Positions 49,427 through 62,648 of a stretch of DNA of 64,000 nt are shown here, in pieces (position 1 is the first letter of the stretch; each line of letters begins with the position of its first letter). The translations under genes and the position numbers were made by a program. Below the pieces are notes generated by a model. That model was not told the origin of the DNA and did not search any database. It saw nothing but the letters and a program-made list of their open reading frames with translations. Source of the stretch: Tubiluchus corallicola (lineage: Eukaryota; Animalia; Priapulida); NCBI GenBank assembly GCA_030141605.1, contig JAQGDQ010000422.1:137862-201861 (forward strand), in the 5' to 3' direction.

Positions 49427-50928
49427 GTGAGTCATAAAGTTCATTTATCAGAAACTGCTTACCATTTAAATGCAATGAGTCATGTTGTGTAAGCTAACTG
49501 AAACACTGCAGCTTCATATTAACGTAAGTACTGTGCGACAGTAAAGATCTGTTCACATTTGAGGCAACGGTGAGCTACCGTCGACCATGATCCAAAAAAA
49601 ATCCTCAAGTGTACATAGCTACCTAGTAGGCCTAATATGTCTTAACATTACTAGGTAAAGTGTGCAATGCAGTATATTTTTCAATTATTCAATTAGTAAT
49701 TGCCACACCATTACCAATTCCAAGCAGATGTGAACTACACTCTACCTGCTTTTATTACTAAATATTATAATTATCGCTGTAATCGCTTATCATCTTATAC
49801 GTAATGTTGTCATAAATATAATTTTGGTGTGCAGGCAACTGGCAAGTGAACAAATATTTTTGCAATTCAGTTTTGATCGAATTATCTTGGCAGTAAACCA
49901 TTTCTCAACCGTTTCTGCAAATGACTTAATATTACATGATTACTGTTTTTCCAAATTGCTGGTTTGGGAAATTACTGTGTGCTGGTCGTAATGATTGAAC
50001 GCCTCTGCAGTTTCTAACGGCAAATTTATAGAAATAAACTCAAGTTAAGCTAGAGAAGAACTTGTTGATTAAACATGATGGATTAATTCTCTTATCCTAT
50101 AATAGTAAAAAAACCCTAGTCAGGATTTGAACCATAAGCTCATAGATTTATAATTTTCTCGTGAGAATTATACTGGTTTAACAATCTTTCTACTAGCCCT
50201 ACTGAGACCACTGTGTTCTGTTTACAAACAGCAAAGTCCATTTTCTGTGGGGAAAGCAAACAAACTTTTTTGTAAATATATTTTTGTGCTCACCGTAGAT
50301 CGACAAAGCGAAGCCTACAAGCAGGCTTTTTGCCCATAGTTGTCTCTCTTGTTAAACCTCTGTTAATTGTTTTATCACACGTTTTCTTTCTCGCGTTTTA
50401 TATTTTTGTTATCTCTCTAAAGTTGTCTCTCAGGTGGAAGTGCCGTCTAGCGGTAGTTGTCATGGTATGGTGAGAAAACAAGGTCGGTGGTGGTATGGCA
50501 ATGGGGCCAGATGTGTTGGTTTATGATTCTATGTTATTTGAGCCTATATTAGAGAACAATGTTCGCATCAGCATTTGTGTTTGAACAATTTCTTAAAGTA
50601 ACGGTAATAACCTGGTTTCTGCATTTCCAAGTACAAATCCAATATCCACCCCATAATGGATGTAACGATATTGACTGCTCTGTTGAGTTCGTCGAAGATG
50701 GTGCTACAAGGTTAAGAAGAAGAAGAAGAAGAAATCACCTACCACTGACGTATGGACAGGTTACCGTATCTATTTACGATAATCGGCACACGTAAAAAAC
50801 AGAACTGCTGAGTTCTTCCAAATAGCCTAGGGAAGAGCAATGTTCACAGCATTTGTTGACCAAAGCCACACTCAGCATCCAGAAGAACATTCTTGATTTG
50901 GAATACTGGCTAACAAGATCAGCAGCAA

Positions 50929-51310
50929 TAAGCCTTTTCATAGTTTCGTTGTGCTCACTGGCAGTTACTGTAGGTCAAAAGTTAAGTGTACCATAGCAAC
51001 GCGTCTTAACTACAATCGTCACGTCACATGCGGGTAACGCAAAGCATCAGTTCAGTACCTTTAGTTGCTCTACGTGGACTTTACTTAATTATGCATTAGC
51101 CTGTGCGTAGAGTCATTTACTAGCAGAATCTTGCTTGGGAACAAGAAAAAATGAACTAGGCAATGTTCTAGCTAGCTGTTAAAACTGTTACTATTACAAT
51201 AGCACGGGTATGCTGGGCGTTGTCAAGTATACACAAATGTGGTGTCTAGTACACTTAACCTTTGACTTTTTAACGATCATCATCAATCGCTGGAACTATC
51301 AAAACGCTTA
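50929..51310 (-). mobile_element. MITE (TIR taagccttttcacagtt), copy 2, opposite orientation
   Basis: Long reverse-complement matches to 38689-39043, e.g. agttgctctacgtggactttacttaat and tttactagcagaatcttgctt. Confidence 0.85.
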
Positions 51311-51460
51311 TTCTTACCTTGCTTTTACTCTAATGATATAGCGTGCTTGGCAGAGATACTTTTTATGAAAGGCCCCGCAACCTCCTACGTGTGTGCAACC
51401 AATTAAAGGTGTGCGTGCGACCTGCAATAATTATTGATATGTATCTTTTGTTTATACTAG

Positions 51461-51601
51461 GCATGGCCAACATGATCCGGGGAGAAGTGAGAAGTATCTT
51501 CTCAGTAGCAAAGACGTGGTGGCAAATGAACAGCATATCACCCATGGAACTTATCAGCAAAAACAAAGCCATATGTGGTTTCCACTTGGGCCATCTCGTT
51601 G
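51461..51601 (+). CDS. VAT1: VAT1 exon 5 (GMANMIRGEVRSIFSVAKTWWQ...NKAICGFHLGHLV)
   Basis: tag acceptor, gtacgt donor, 141 nt, phase 1-1; GMAN, TWW and CGFHLG motifs. Confidence 0.94.
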
Positions 51602-52555
51602 GTACGTAACAGCGCGTTCAGACTAGCAAGTTTTCCAGTGCATTAGTTTTTTCTCTGACAGCAAACTCACGAGTGTGAACTGCTTTTCGAGTTACTGTCG
51701 GCAACTTAGTGCAAATTCTCTGATAGATGCTACGAGTTACTGTCTAGTAACATAAAAGTTCTTAACAATGTGATCTCCAAAAACTATCTCCAAATGCCTC
51801 AAAAATGTGAGAAATGTACCGGAAAGGAACTCCAAGAATTGTTGTACAACTTGCATAACTTTTACGGCTTTTTAATGCCTAAAATCAAGAAATTTATACT
51901 CTGTCGTCATCATTTCCCGATTTTTGTTTCTGAAAAAAGCCTCATAAAACGTCTGAAATACAGGAAATGCTTCGATTCTCATACTTCCCAGATTTCCTAG
52001 CTGGTTCTTGGCTCCTGGTTTCAGTTTGTGGCAAAGTGGCAACCCTAAGTCAGTCAACTAAGTATGTAGTATGATATTTATTGACCAAGTGGTATGACCG
52101 TTTGCCATGATATTTGAACTTATCTACAAGAGATAAGTTGCCAAATCTTAAAGCACGAGCAAAATAGAGTGATAGAATGATAGAATGATCGAATAAAAAA
52201 GGAAAATGCCTTTTACGAGATCTTACAAATTCCTCTTGCAACAGGAGGTTAAATTGGTCAGCGGCAGTGACATCTTCCGGCTTCACTTTGCAGGGAAACA
52301 GAATTTATGTCTCATTTCTATTCATGCTTTTGTATTCTATTCAGTAATAAAATGAGCACAGCATGGAACAGGCTTCCGAATATTGACTGCAATGCAAACC
52401 TTAATATTGTAATTGGGCGCATCGACCGAAACTCAATGCGATTTTATTTCACTATTTATCCATTTATAAATTGTCCAGTGACCGTCTGTTATTGACAAGT
52501 TTATTTGTGAGCAGATGGGAATGCACTTATCAAATTCCCGGACTCTCTTTCACAG

Positions 52556-52656
52556 GGGAAGTCGATTTGATCAGCAACGTGATGCTGGAGCTGTTGGAAC
52601 TTTATAAGGAAGGAAAAATTAAGCCGAAGATCGACTCTGTCTGGCCGTTTGAGCAA
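52556..52656 (+). CDS. VAT1: VAT1 exon 6 (GEVDLISNVMLELLELYKEGKIKPKIDSVWPFEQ)
   Basis: ctctctttcacag acceptor, gtgggt donor; IKP.IDSVWPFE motif. Confidence 0.94.
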
Positions 52657-53107
52657 GTGGGTATATTGTACGACACAATTAGTTTACATAGGTGGAATTG
52701 CTGTATTGATCGTTTACTTACACACCAGTTCATGAGCAGCGCAAGTGACGTTATTGACACACTTCATGATATCTATATTAATTTTCTTTCTTCAACCTGA
52801 CAAAAATGCTGCTTCCCTCTTGTCTGAGTTAATATGGTGAATGTTAGTGTACAAAAAGCTTTTATCATAGTTATTGTAGTAGTAAAGTCACAATGGTATA
52901 CTTTATGAAAAATAGTAAGATAAACGTGCTAAATTCAGTTTGACTGCAGTAATTTCTTATTCATGCAGACGTGAATTACGCATACATGAATCATGCATAC
53001 ATTTACAATTACTACTACTATTGTACTATCGTTCGTTTTTAATTGATTTTCTTTCCTGCAACATCACTGATTATTTTTAATCTTGTTGAACTTATCTATT
53101 TGTAAGT

Positions 53108-53230
53108 GCAGGCGACTAAATGACCCTTCGGTCCTTCCCTGCCCTTCTCCATGACTGCAGTTATCTAACATTTAATTAACACTTACTGTAAACGATTTTG
53201 AAGAAAATAAATATTCTATGTTATATGTTC
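53108..53230 (+). mobile_element. CR1/L2-type 3' end (stem-loop, AATAAA, attctatg tail)
   Basis: gcaggcgactaaatgacccttcggtccttccctgc resembles the CR1 ggactagatgacc..ggtcccttcc terminal motif. Relatives at 15531, 16165, 17726 and 40062. Confidence 0.6.
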
Positions 53231-54394
53231 ATACATTTTAGGAGTAATTGCCTTCAACATTTCTTAAATTATACACTATTTAGGTTCTCTTAGTATACTT
53301 GACCTTACAATTATATAGATTCCATGACTTGGGCCCCAAAAGTTTCACCATTTTTGATAGTTCATATGTGTCACACGAAAGGTCAAAGTCTATTGGTTTC
53401 AAACTCGTGGTATGCAGACGTGGTTTAACATTTTTGCTACAAAACTTAGATTTTATTCTGAAATATTGATAACATGTTTGTTGCATATGAAATTCGTGAT
53501 TTCTTCACAGATTAAATACTTCTGTTGTTGCATCTTTTATTATTTTCCGCATAAAGTAATTACTGTGCAGATCTTATTGAGGCATCACTGATTACTGTCA
53601 GGTAGATGTTGTAGTTTTACAGCAGACAGATTTTGCAGTGTTCTGACTTTGTGCAAATTGTCTTTGCACATCATTTATCATTTACAACTAAAACATTGTT
53701 TATGGTAGTGAGTAAGTGAGTGTGTGAATGAGTGAGTGAGTGAGTCGGTCAGACAGTCAGTCAGTGAGTGAACTGAGAAAATATTTATTAAAATGACATG
53801 TTTACAGCCATCGTACATTACGATCATTTTTACGCTTCTATGCATGACAAAATCTTTAATCATAAATCCAGCCATTTAGGCTGACAAGTCACTGCCTACT
53901 AAAGCCAAAAGATTGCCTTAGTTTGTACACATAACAAAATTCATAACTGTCATATGATCCTACGTATAATACACGATTACTGAACAGTTCTAGAAAAAGT
54001 TACACAAAACTGACAGTTATTGCTTATAAATTTATTTATGCTTCTTCCGGTATAAATTTTGTATAAAGCTTCTAGTGAAAATATCAACAGTCCTTTTTCA
54101 GGATTCACCCGGGGTATGAAAGTTTGCTGTGTTACAGCATTCTTTAAATAAATCCCTTCTTTGTGCATTCTAAATTGAGCAGTCAAGAAGGAAATGTATC
54201 TCGTTTTCTGTCTAACCATTACTATCGTATTAGAAATCAATCAGGCTTCTTTTCAATGCAGTTTGCAAAACAGAAATGGTATAAAAATTTATATAATCAG
54301 GAAATAACAGCAATTATCAGCTTGTATCATCTGAGACATAGACCCACGGAGAAAAACACGTTAATTTATTTCCTTGTGTTAGTTGGTCGACAAT

Positions 54395-54600
54395 GCCAAC
54401 AACAACAATGATGACGACAACAACAACAACAATAGCTACAACTACAGTGATAATGACGACACCAACAACGACAATGACAACATTGACAACGACGAGATAC
54501 AAGTGACAAGTTACAAGTGATGCAGATACAGATACATATACAAGTGACGACGACGACACCAATGACAGTAACAACAACAGTGAATAGCCACCACTGCCAC
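54395..54600. repeat. Degenerate (CAA/GAC/GAT)n low-complexity tract
   Basis: Trinucleotide-periodic acaacaacgacaatgac sequence. Confidence 0.8.
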
Positions 54601-55411
54601 CGTCTGGACAATGCTTAAGGATTACGTATTAAGTCTCGTGTATTTAATGTTTAAGTGTAAAAATGTTCATTTTCTGCAGTAGCCGCAAGCTACCTGTCTA
54701 TGTTTGCCATAAATGCGCACAGAGTAGCAAAGCAAAGCATTTCTCATTATTCTTTACCAGTCCCTTGTAATTCTAATCGCTTTCAGCATCTTACAAAAGA
54801 ACAGCAAGAGCTTTTTAGTCGACCGTTTTCAGGTAAATACAAAGTGAAGCACTAAAACCTCTTAGCCTCCTTTCCAGAGCAAATTACACGACAATAATCT
54901 TGAGATTGAAACATAATCTGCCTTTCTTATTATTTGGTGCAGTAATTGCCGGAAATCCGATATATTATTTCATCCAATTGCACTGATCTTGTATAAACAA
55001 GCAAGTGTGTAGAACAAATGTAAAGCCAGGCGATATCAGATAAATAACCAGCCCAAGAGCTATAATGTTTTAATAACTAGCCTTAATATTATTTTAATAT
55101 GAATGTTTTATAAATTCAAAATAAAACTGCTTATACAAAAAGAAATGTATTATTGCTATGTAGCAAGATATTTTTTGTCTTTAGTATACAATATCCCTGT
55201 GCCACAAGTCACAGTTTATATTAAATGGGACTTTTTTATACCTGTCTTTATGTTGCGAGCAGATGGAACTAAAGGCGTAGATATCATAAGATTTCCAAAT
55301 GTTAACAGCAACCTATCTATTAACAGAAGTAGTTTGTACTTTCGACAAACTACAGTTTAGTTTTCTCAATGTACTCAAATCATAAAGATTGTCAAGACAT
55401 TGTCAAGGAAG

Positions 55412-55769
55412 CAGGGCCTATTTCAGGGGGGGGGAGTGGGGACACTTCCCTGGGGCCTCACTCTCTAGGGGGGCCTCGCGCCAAGGTAACATTTTTTGGT
55501 TTACACGAATATACTGCCTCCTCTCTCCCTCTCCTTCTCTCTTGCCGCACGCGCGCCATTTGCCAGCATTGACAAGTATTAAGAACTGGTCTTGAGAATA
55601 AAGCAGTTTTTCTTTCAATTGTTCTTTCCTTTAACAACTGTATAACTCCATATTTTCTCTTCGAAAATGCTTCTCCGGCGTTCTAGAAGTTCAAAAATTT
55701 TCTGGGCGCCAACCATTGTGTCACCGAAACCCCGAGACCCGGGCCTCGCTTAGGCTCAAATAGGCCCTG
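55412..55769. mobile_element. hAT MITE with perfect TIRs and 8-bp TSD
   Basis: TIR cagggcctattt / aaataggccctg; TSD caaggaag at 55404-55411 and 55770-55777. Confidence 0.92.
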
Positions 55770-56028
55770 CAAGGAAGCTATCCCGTATTCCCAAATTTCA
55801 GATTTCACAGTTTTCCTTAGTATTTGAACTCTTGGCTTCTCCGAGAACACTGAAAGTTCACTTACAAGCGTTAGTTAATAATTCTCAAACTTTTGTCTCT
55901 CCTTGCATGCCTTGATATCCTAACGACATGACTTGACGAAAATCATTGTTACGGAATGAAATACAAATTTAGAAAACTCATTCGATGTGAAACGTGTCAT
56001 GACTGGTTACATGTTGCAATGTTTGCAG

Positions 56029-56175
56029 GTGGGACGAGCCATGGCACAGATGCACGACAGAAAGAACATTGGGAAGTGCATTCTGTCACCGGAGCAACCT
56101 GCTGATGCGGATGTACCGGCTGCAACCAATTCCATCTTGGAAGCGCAGGGCAGCATGGAGTCTGCTGATAGCTAA
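56029..56175 (+). CDS. VAT1: VAT1 exon 7, terminal (VGRAMAQMHDRKNIGKCILSPEQ...SADS*)
   Basis: tttgcag acceptor; AM..M..KNIGK.IL motif; TAA at 56173-56175. The seven exons sum to 1176 nt = 391 aa plus stop. AATAAA follows at about 56208 and 57130. Confidence 0.92.
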   Translation: MGRAMAQMHDRKNIGKCILSPEQPADADVPAATNSILEAQGSMESADS

Positions 56176-56884
56176 TGGCATTCCTATGTTCGCTTGTTTT
56201 CATCTGAGAATAAAAAAATTAGGAGTTTGTTGGTTAAACGAGTTTATAATATTCATTAGATTATGTATGTTTGAACCAGATTTCGTGAAAATGTTAGGGG
56301 CCTGATGTTGGCCATGAACTTCCACTTATAATTTTGATAATTGGAGATTACATTTCTGTTATACTAGGCAGAAGCTTGAATTGTTTACTGCTGTGTTAAG
56401 TAGTGAGCATTTGCTGTGTGCTGCTCCCTGTTGAGAAACGAAGAACTCGCTAGCACACATCTGCAGTTTTTAGGTTCTGTTACACCATCAGCAAACATTT
56501 TTGCTGTGTAATCATACATGAATCGTATTCAGAGGATTTATGAATAAGGAATAAAGAGTATATGACGCCACACACCTAACCATAATGGCACCTTCAAAAT
56601 TAGTTTATTTGGCTAAAAATTTTGTGAAATGTGAGCACATGATAGTAATAATGAAAGTAGTGATATAAATATAGTTGTATCTAAGGGCATTCTATGCCTC
56701 CTAATGTTCTGCTCCAGTTGTGCTGACTTAGTTATAATATAAAGGCCTTTTTTTTTAGTTTTTTTTGTATACTATCTACTACTATTTCATAAAAATTTGA
56801 TGGTATTTTTAAATGAGTTCTAACTGCAGAAAAGAGAATGACTGATTTGAAAAGAAAGTTTACTTGAACTTTCTGATACAGCTT

Positions 56885-57069
<185 letters not shown>

Positions 57070-59755
57070 ACTGCTAAGATGATGTATAAAGGGCACTGTA
57101 AATTACTGTTTGCTGTTTCACAGTTTTGCAATAAAGCTGCAGTACTTGTATTACTTATTTAGTCAATTGAAGAGTACACTTTTATGAAATTTTTCCCACT
57201 AGAGGTTGTAACACAGAGCTCACCAAACCTAACTGATCAATTTATAAAGTGCAAAGTAAGCTGAAAAATATTGACATGCTGTTGTCTTTGAAGGTTACAA
57301 AAGGTTACCTAGATGCCATCAATACACATCTGCCTCTCCAGTCATTTATACAAACAACCTTTAGTTGGTAATACAGTTGTAAATAGTTCTGAACAACAAA
57401 AGTAGTGCAATAACTATAGTGTAGTTGGTGAGAGGGAGTTAATTATTAAGAGCTACAAAAGCAAAATGAGCTGATAAAACTATAATTTGACGACATTAAA
57501 TATACTGACAAATGCCATTAAATTGCACTCACTGTCTTTTATTCCTATAAAACTTGAAGGAGCACCATCCATGTACAATTGCTTCATTGTAATGTTGCAG
57601 TGGTTTACTAGCAAAAACTGAACAATACTTTGCAAAAGAATTTATATTAATTATGTAACTGAAGATAGCATGTCGAAAGATAAGTACTTCATTGGCTATT
57701 ATGTATAGGCCTTCCTGCTTAAAAATGGTGAAAGGTAATCTTTCAACACCATTTTTTGAAATGCTATTTTTGTTAGATAATGTAATGATGTGTGATATTA
57801 GCTGCTGTAAGCAAGGTGAGCTGTCTCATTGAAGCTTGTTTATGTTCATCAAGGAAGCCATGGAATGAGTTTTAATTATCAATATTTTATCATTTTAGTG
57901 AATTGATGTTCTACAAATTTTGTTTTGTAATGTTATTAGTGTCATTATTAATAATGAAATTCAAAAAAAAACAAAAACACCACAAAACAAAGTTCGCATT
58001 TGCTGCAAACAAATTAAATTTTAAGACAGAATTGTATGTTGAACAGACCACATGTTGTGCAACGTATATTTTATTTGATGAATCTGACGTTTGTTACTAA
58101 ATTTTACATATATGAGTATGTTATTTATGTCTAAAGTCCAAACAGTACTTGTCTAACTGAATTGTTGTTACTTTTGCAGTTCTGTAAATTACACGAATTT
58201 GTAAGCAGTTATAGTACTGTTGTAGTTTCTGTTGCTTTCACCTAGATGTGTGCGTAATGGGTGTAAATTTACATGTTTGTCACAGTTACTTTGTGAACTG
58301 ATGTTGATAAAAATTGATAATAATTATTTTGGTCTTTAATTTTATGAATTTTGAAAATTTATTTTGTAGAATTTTTCATCTGCATCATGATTTCAAAGTA
58401 ACATTTTTCATGTAGTTTTTCAGACACTCTATAAGCTACATTCCTGCTGTCCGTGTCAGGGCTATTTGTGGAATAGTTGTAAGGCACCCAAATTTGTCTC
58501 ATTAAATTGGTAGTCTGGCAGAGACATCAAAACCACATTCTGGTATGAATCTTTCTCTACTGAGGTAAACAGCCTTAATCAATATGGTTACTGAAACATC
58601 CCATTTTGAGTATTGAACCTGAAGATGATTTGCTTAACATTAATTGCTAACCACACACTGTTACCACTCGGCTAGCTATGTTTTCACCCAAAACGCTTAT
58701 GACTAAATAGATTCTGGGTGGTAGCTTCGTAATTATAGTGCCAAAAATTAATTATCTTTACATTGATAATTACAATCTGCACGAGTCTTCTAAAGTATTA
58801 TGTTCATAGTGACTCATGATTGCTAACTTGCGGGATATTAATTTTTTGCTAACTGGACAATTTTATTATCCCTCTCACCGTAGTCTTTGTCAAGTAGATT
58901 AACTGTTAAAATATATATGCAAGTGTGTCAATCACTTCGGGAATTATTGTAGAAAATCACGTTCTTCGTAACAGACATCTTCCAAACCACAACCAAACTT
59001 GTGAACAAAAAATCATTCCTCGGGCAACAGCAAAAATAAAAGGTTCTTTTGCACTTCCTGTGTTTTTCTACTTCTGCAAAACTGTTTGCAGAAAAGTTAA
59101 ATCGTTAGTAAATAAACTCAATTTTTCAACTCATCTAATGCACCCATCCTGTTATGAGAAAGATTGCCCTTTGAGTAGCTGAAATATCGAGTTTATCTAT
59201 TGATAAGCGCAACATAGCGCAATCTATTATCTTTCTTCCTACCATTTCCACTAACACATTCTTCTACCCTTCCTGTGTGATCTAACCTTTCTCCCAGTTC
59301 TTTTTTGTTCACTCATCCTTTTTTATCAGGTTCACATGACAGTGGGCTTATACAAGCCTTTGCTTCTCTAGCCCACTGCAGTACAATTATTATTTTATGA
59401 TAACGATAGTGTATGAAACATAACAATTTAATATAGTAGATGTAATAATTTTGATGTCACTGTGTGCTTTATATATTGTACTAAATCTGATAATAATAAT
59501 AAATAAAATAAAAAAAGGATAAATTATCTCCTGTACTCATTAAACAGTTTCAGAGAAATTAAAATAGTTTAATGAGTTAAATTATAATTTCTTTGCAAAA
59601 TTGTATTTTTTACACTTTTACATTACAGCATAAATACGAATTGTTGGTCAACTTTTCCCTAACTTGTGACGTTTAGGACGCTGTGAGCAGCATACTTTCA
59701 GACGAATATGGTGCGTCGAGCGGAAGGGGATTTCAAACACAAAATTACAAAAATC

Positions 59756-59839
59756 ATGGATGCCAACCGAAGCAGTAAAATTGAATGCATATTGTTTAGT
59801 GAATTTCACCCAACCGCTGGACCAAAAATAACTTACCAA
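59756..59839 (+). CDS. NPRL2: NPRL2 (GATOR1 subunit) exon 1 ([28 protein letters not shown])
   Basis: Near-identical to the NPRL2 N-terminus [20 protein letters not shown]; gtgagc donor. An in-frame upstream ATG lies at 59708. Confidence 0.93.
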
Positions 59840-61188
59840 GTGAGCCTGTTAACCGTCATGTATTAGTGTGTGGTTGTAATGCGAATAGTCTCCATAAACA
59901 AGTATTAGCAGATGTACAAAGCCACTAACCCAAATCACTATAACTGCGCTGACTTAGTAAACATGAACTTTTTATTAAAACAGTACAGTAAGTTTTACAG
60001 TAACAGACAAATTAGCTTAGAGGGTAACGTTACAGTTGACTCCAACAGGGAAGCCCAAATAGCCGGATATTAATAGTATTCCCTATGTCACAAATAGGAT
60101 GTAACCAATGAGGTAGAGGTTAGTGTTGGTACAATTGAAGCTATAGTGTTTTACTGATGTAAACAAATTTGCAAGATGCAGGCCTGTGTCTGAATTTTTC
60201 AATAGAAGGCAGTGCTTGAGCCTGAATAAGACATCATCTACATGGGCGAGTGTTACTGGTGCTTAGTCTGCATTCTCTTTAGCGGTGTTCAACGAGCTTG
60301 TGAGATCACACTTCACTGACTTCACTAAATCTTGCTGATAGGCGATACCAAGCTACGATTTACTTTAAGAAGTTATAGGGAAGTCAGATGTGGTCCCTTC
60401 TCAAAGATGCCGTGAAGCAATTTATAAATGGGGCATTTACGGGTGCGGTTAGCAATTTGTTCTATGGGTTGCACAGGACAACACAGGAAGCAAAAAATAG
60501 GAACGCATATTGGTTCAGGAATAAGGGACAAATTTTTTCAAACGATGTCCATGAAGAAGTCTAGAAGGGTCGAAAAAAAGAAAGCCCTGACCTTTCAAAA
60601 GTTGTAGGGACCTAGAGTTGAACTTGACCGCAATCTCTTCTGAAATACAATTTAAAACTTAAATATTTTTTCTCTGAACAAAGCATCTTCTGCAGTTATG
60701 ATAGCATTGAAGACAAAGTTTGCAAGCAGTCATGTTAAACAATATGCATTATGCATTCTGTTCCACATATCTAATAAAACCCCTTCTGTAATTTATTCTG
60801 CACGTACGTGCACCTGAATTTGCAAGAAACAATCGACAACACATAATGCAATTCTAGACATCTGCTAAACATAGATTATCTATACCATGGGTATTTCAGA
60901 AGTGTTCCACAACACAATCATGTTCAACACAAAATAAATTATTTAAAATGCAGTTTGTCAAATTACGATAAAAGAAAAAATAGTTAATTAAAGACAATCA
61001 AAATGCAAATCCTTGCTACAAACAATAGGCGACTGTATTGCTATTTTTTATTCCCCACTAAACTGTTTACTAACTTGCTTTGTGTCTCATTTATGACTAT
61101 TATGCAGAAATGTCAATACTGAACTTTGCTTTTTTAAATGATCCATTTATGTAATACAATAATAATTAGTCTCATAATTTACTTTCAG

Positions 61189-61280
61189 GTTCCTGAAGAT
61201 TATATCAGCAGAGAAATCTTTGATGCTGTTCACGTTTATATTATAACTAAACCTCAGTTACAAGGGAGACTCATTATGTC
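61189..61280 (+). CDS. NPRL2: NPRL2 exon 2 ([31 protein letters not shown])
   Basis: tttcag acceptor, gtaagt donor. Matches [25 protein letters not shown]. Confidence 0.94.
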
Positions 61281-62479
61281 GTAAGTGCAAGCCAAACTGT
61301 CATTCAGAATCAATGTTAAAGCAAACTTAACTTTTGTTCGTATTAGTGTTTTTAGTATGTTGTTCTCAAAACCCCTTAAAAAGCCCATAACTTGGAAAGT
61401 TATAGTGTGTAACGTAATATGACCTGTGTAATACATACCTTTTAGCATTTCCCAATCAGCAAAAACGTTCTATGAACTTAATTTAACAAATCACAGCAAT
61501 AGCTGAGAGTGTAGTCACATTGTAGTTGCTTAGATAGTTACATTAACTTTGGTTTAAGAATTATTTTCTTACAAGTAGTACTATAGCCAAGTAGTCGTGC
61601 GTAATGTACTTCGTGTGAATGCCATGTAACCGCCAGTGTTCAGCACTTGCTTTGAGTGGTTGCATTAGCCTTGGTGATTTTGACTCTTTACTTTTTAGAG
61701 GTAATATGTATATCCAAATATGATTTACGCACTTCTGCCACTGTTGTTCACTAGTTCATCTTAGATTGTGAGATTGGCTCCGATCTTGCCATAAATATCG
61801 TTGCCCAACTGTCGTTGAATGCCAGATTCCGACTTGCAGTGCATCAAAGTGTATCAAGAAAATGCTAACTTGTCACTGTGGTAAGATAAAACGTGAAAAT
61901 TCTTTAACACAAGCTTAGCACTGCAGTTGCAGAAACACCCCAGTTCCCTGGTAATAAATCATTCTACTCTGATGCTATAAGCAACTGTCCTCAACTTTGT
62001 TTAGTATATATGTAAGTGCTGTTTGATTTTTCGCATGTCATTTGCTGTTGATAAACAATCAAGCAAAAGTCTGTGAAAAACATTTTCACTCCAGTTCCAA
62101 AAACATGTAAGTTTTTTATGTTTAATGCATAAAAAGTATAGTTAGTAAACAAACACACAGTATTTCTGCATAATGTGTTAGCAAACTTCACTATTTACTT
62201 TCTGTCGCAAAAGCCTTAATAAGTTGTACTGAGTGCACAGTAGCAGGCTCAATTAAATAAAGCACACATGTCTAATATCAATGTTTAATAATGTGTGTGG
62301 GAAAAGACACCAGTTAGAGTTACTGTATAGTCATTTCATTAGAAGCTTTAAAAAATAACGTGAATTTTTTTCCTTTTTTTAAATTTAATAAAAAGAAATT
62401 ACTAGTGGAACAATGATTATTAAAAATTTCTGTTTTATTTAGACAGTACTATATTTTCGTTGTTATTGTTTTAATTTAG

Positions 62480-62648
62480 CAATGCATTTGGTAAGAAGAT
62501 AATGGGGTGTCCAGTTTGCATTGATCATACGAAGTACGCTCGGAATGCTCTCATCTTTAACATGTGCTTTGTGTTTGAAGCTAGTGCCAACAGTCGACCT
62601 TACGAAAAGATTGTGCGCAAATTATCAAATTATCTCATTAATTTAGAG
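62480..62648 (+). CDS. NPRL2: NPRL2 exon 3 (NAFGKKIMGCPVCIDHTKYARNALIFNMCFVFE...LSNYLINLE); gene continues beyond window
   Basis: tttag acceptor, gtttgt donor; GCPVCI.H.KY.RNAL.FN motif of the longin domain; phases consistent. Confidence 0.94.

Noticed and set aside
14803-56175. Calling the gene VAT1L
   Set aside because: Motifs HMAAG, DYHTTDYV, SPKG, DPL.G, GFHLG and IDSVWPFE match VAT1 rather than VAT1L as I recall them.
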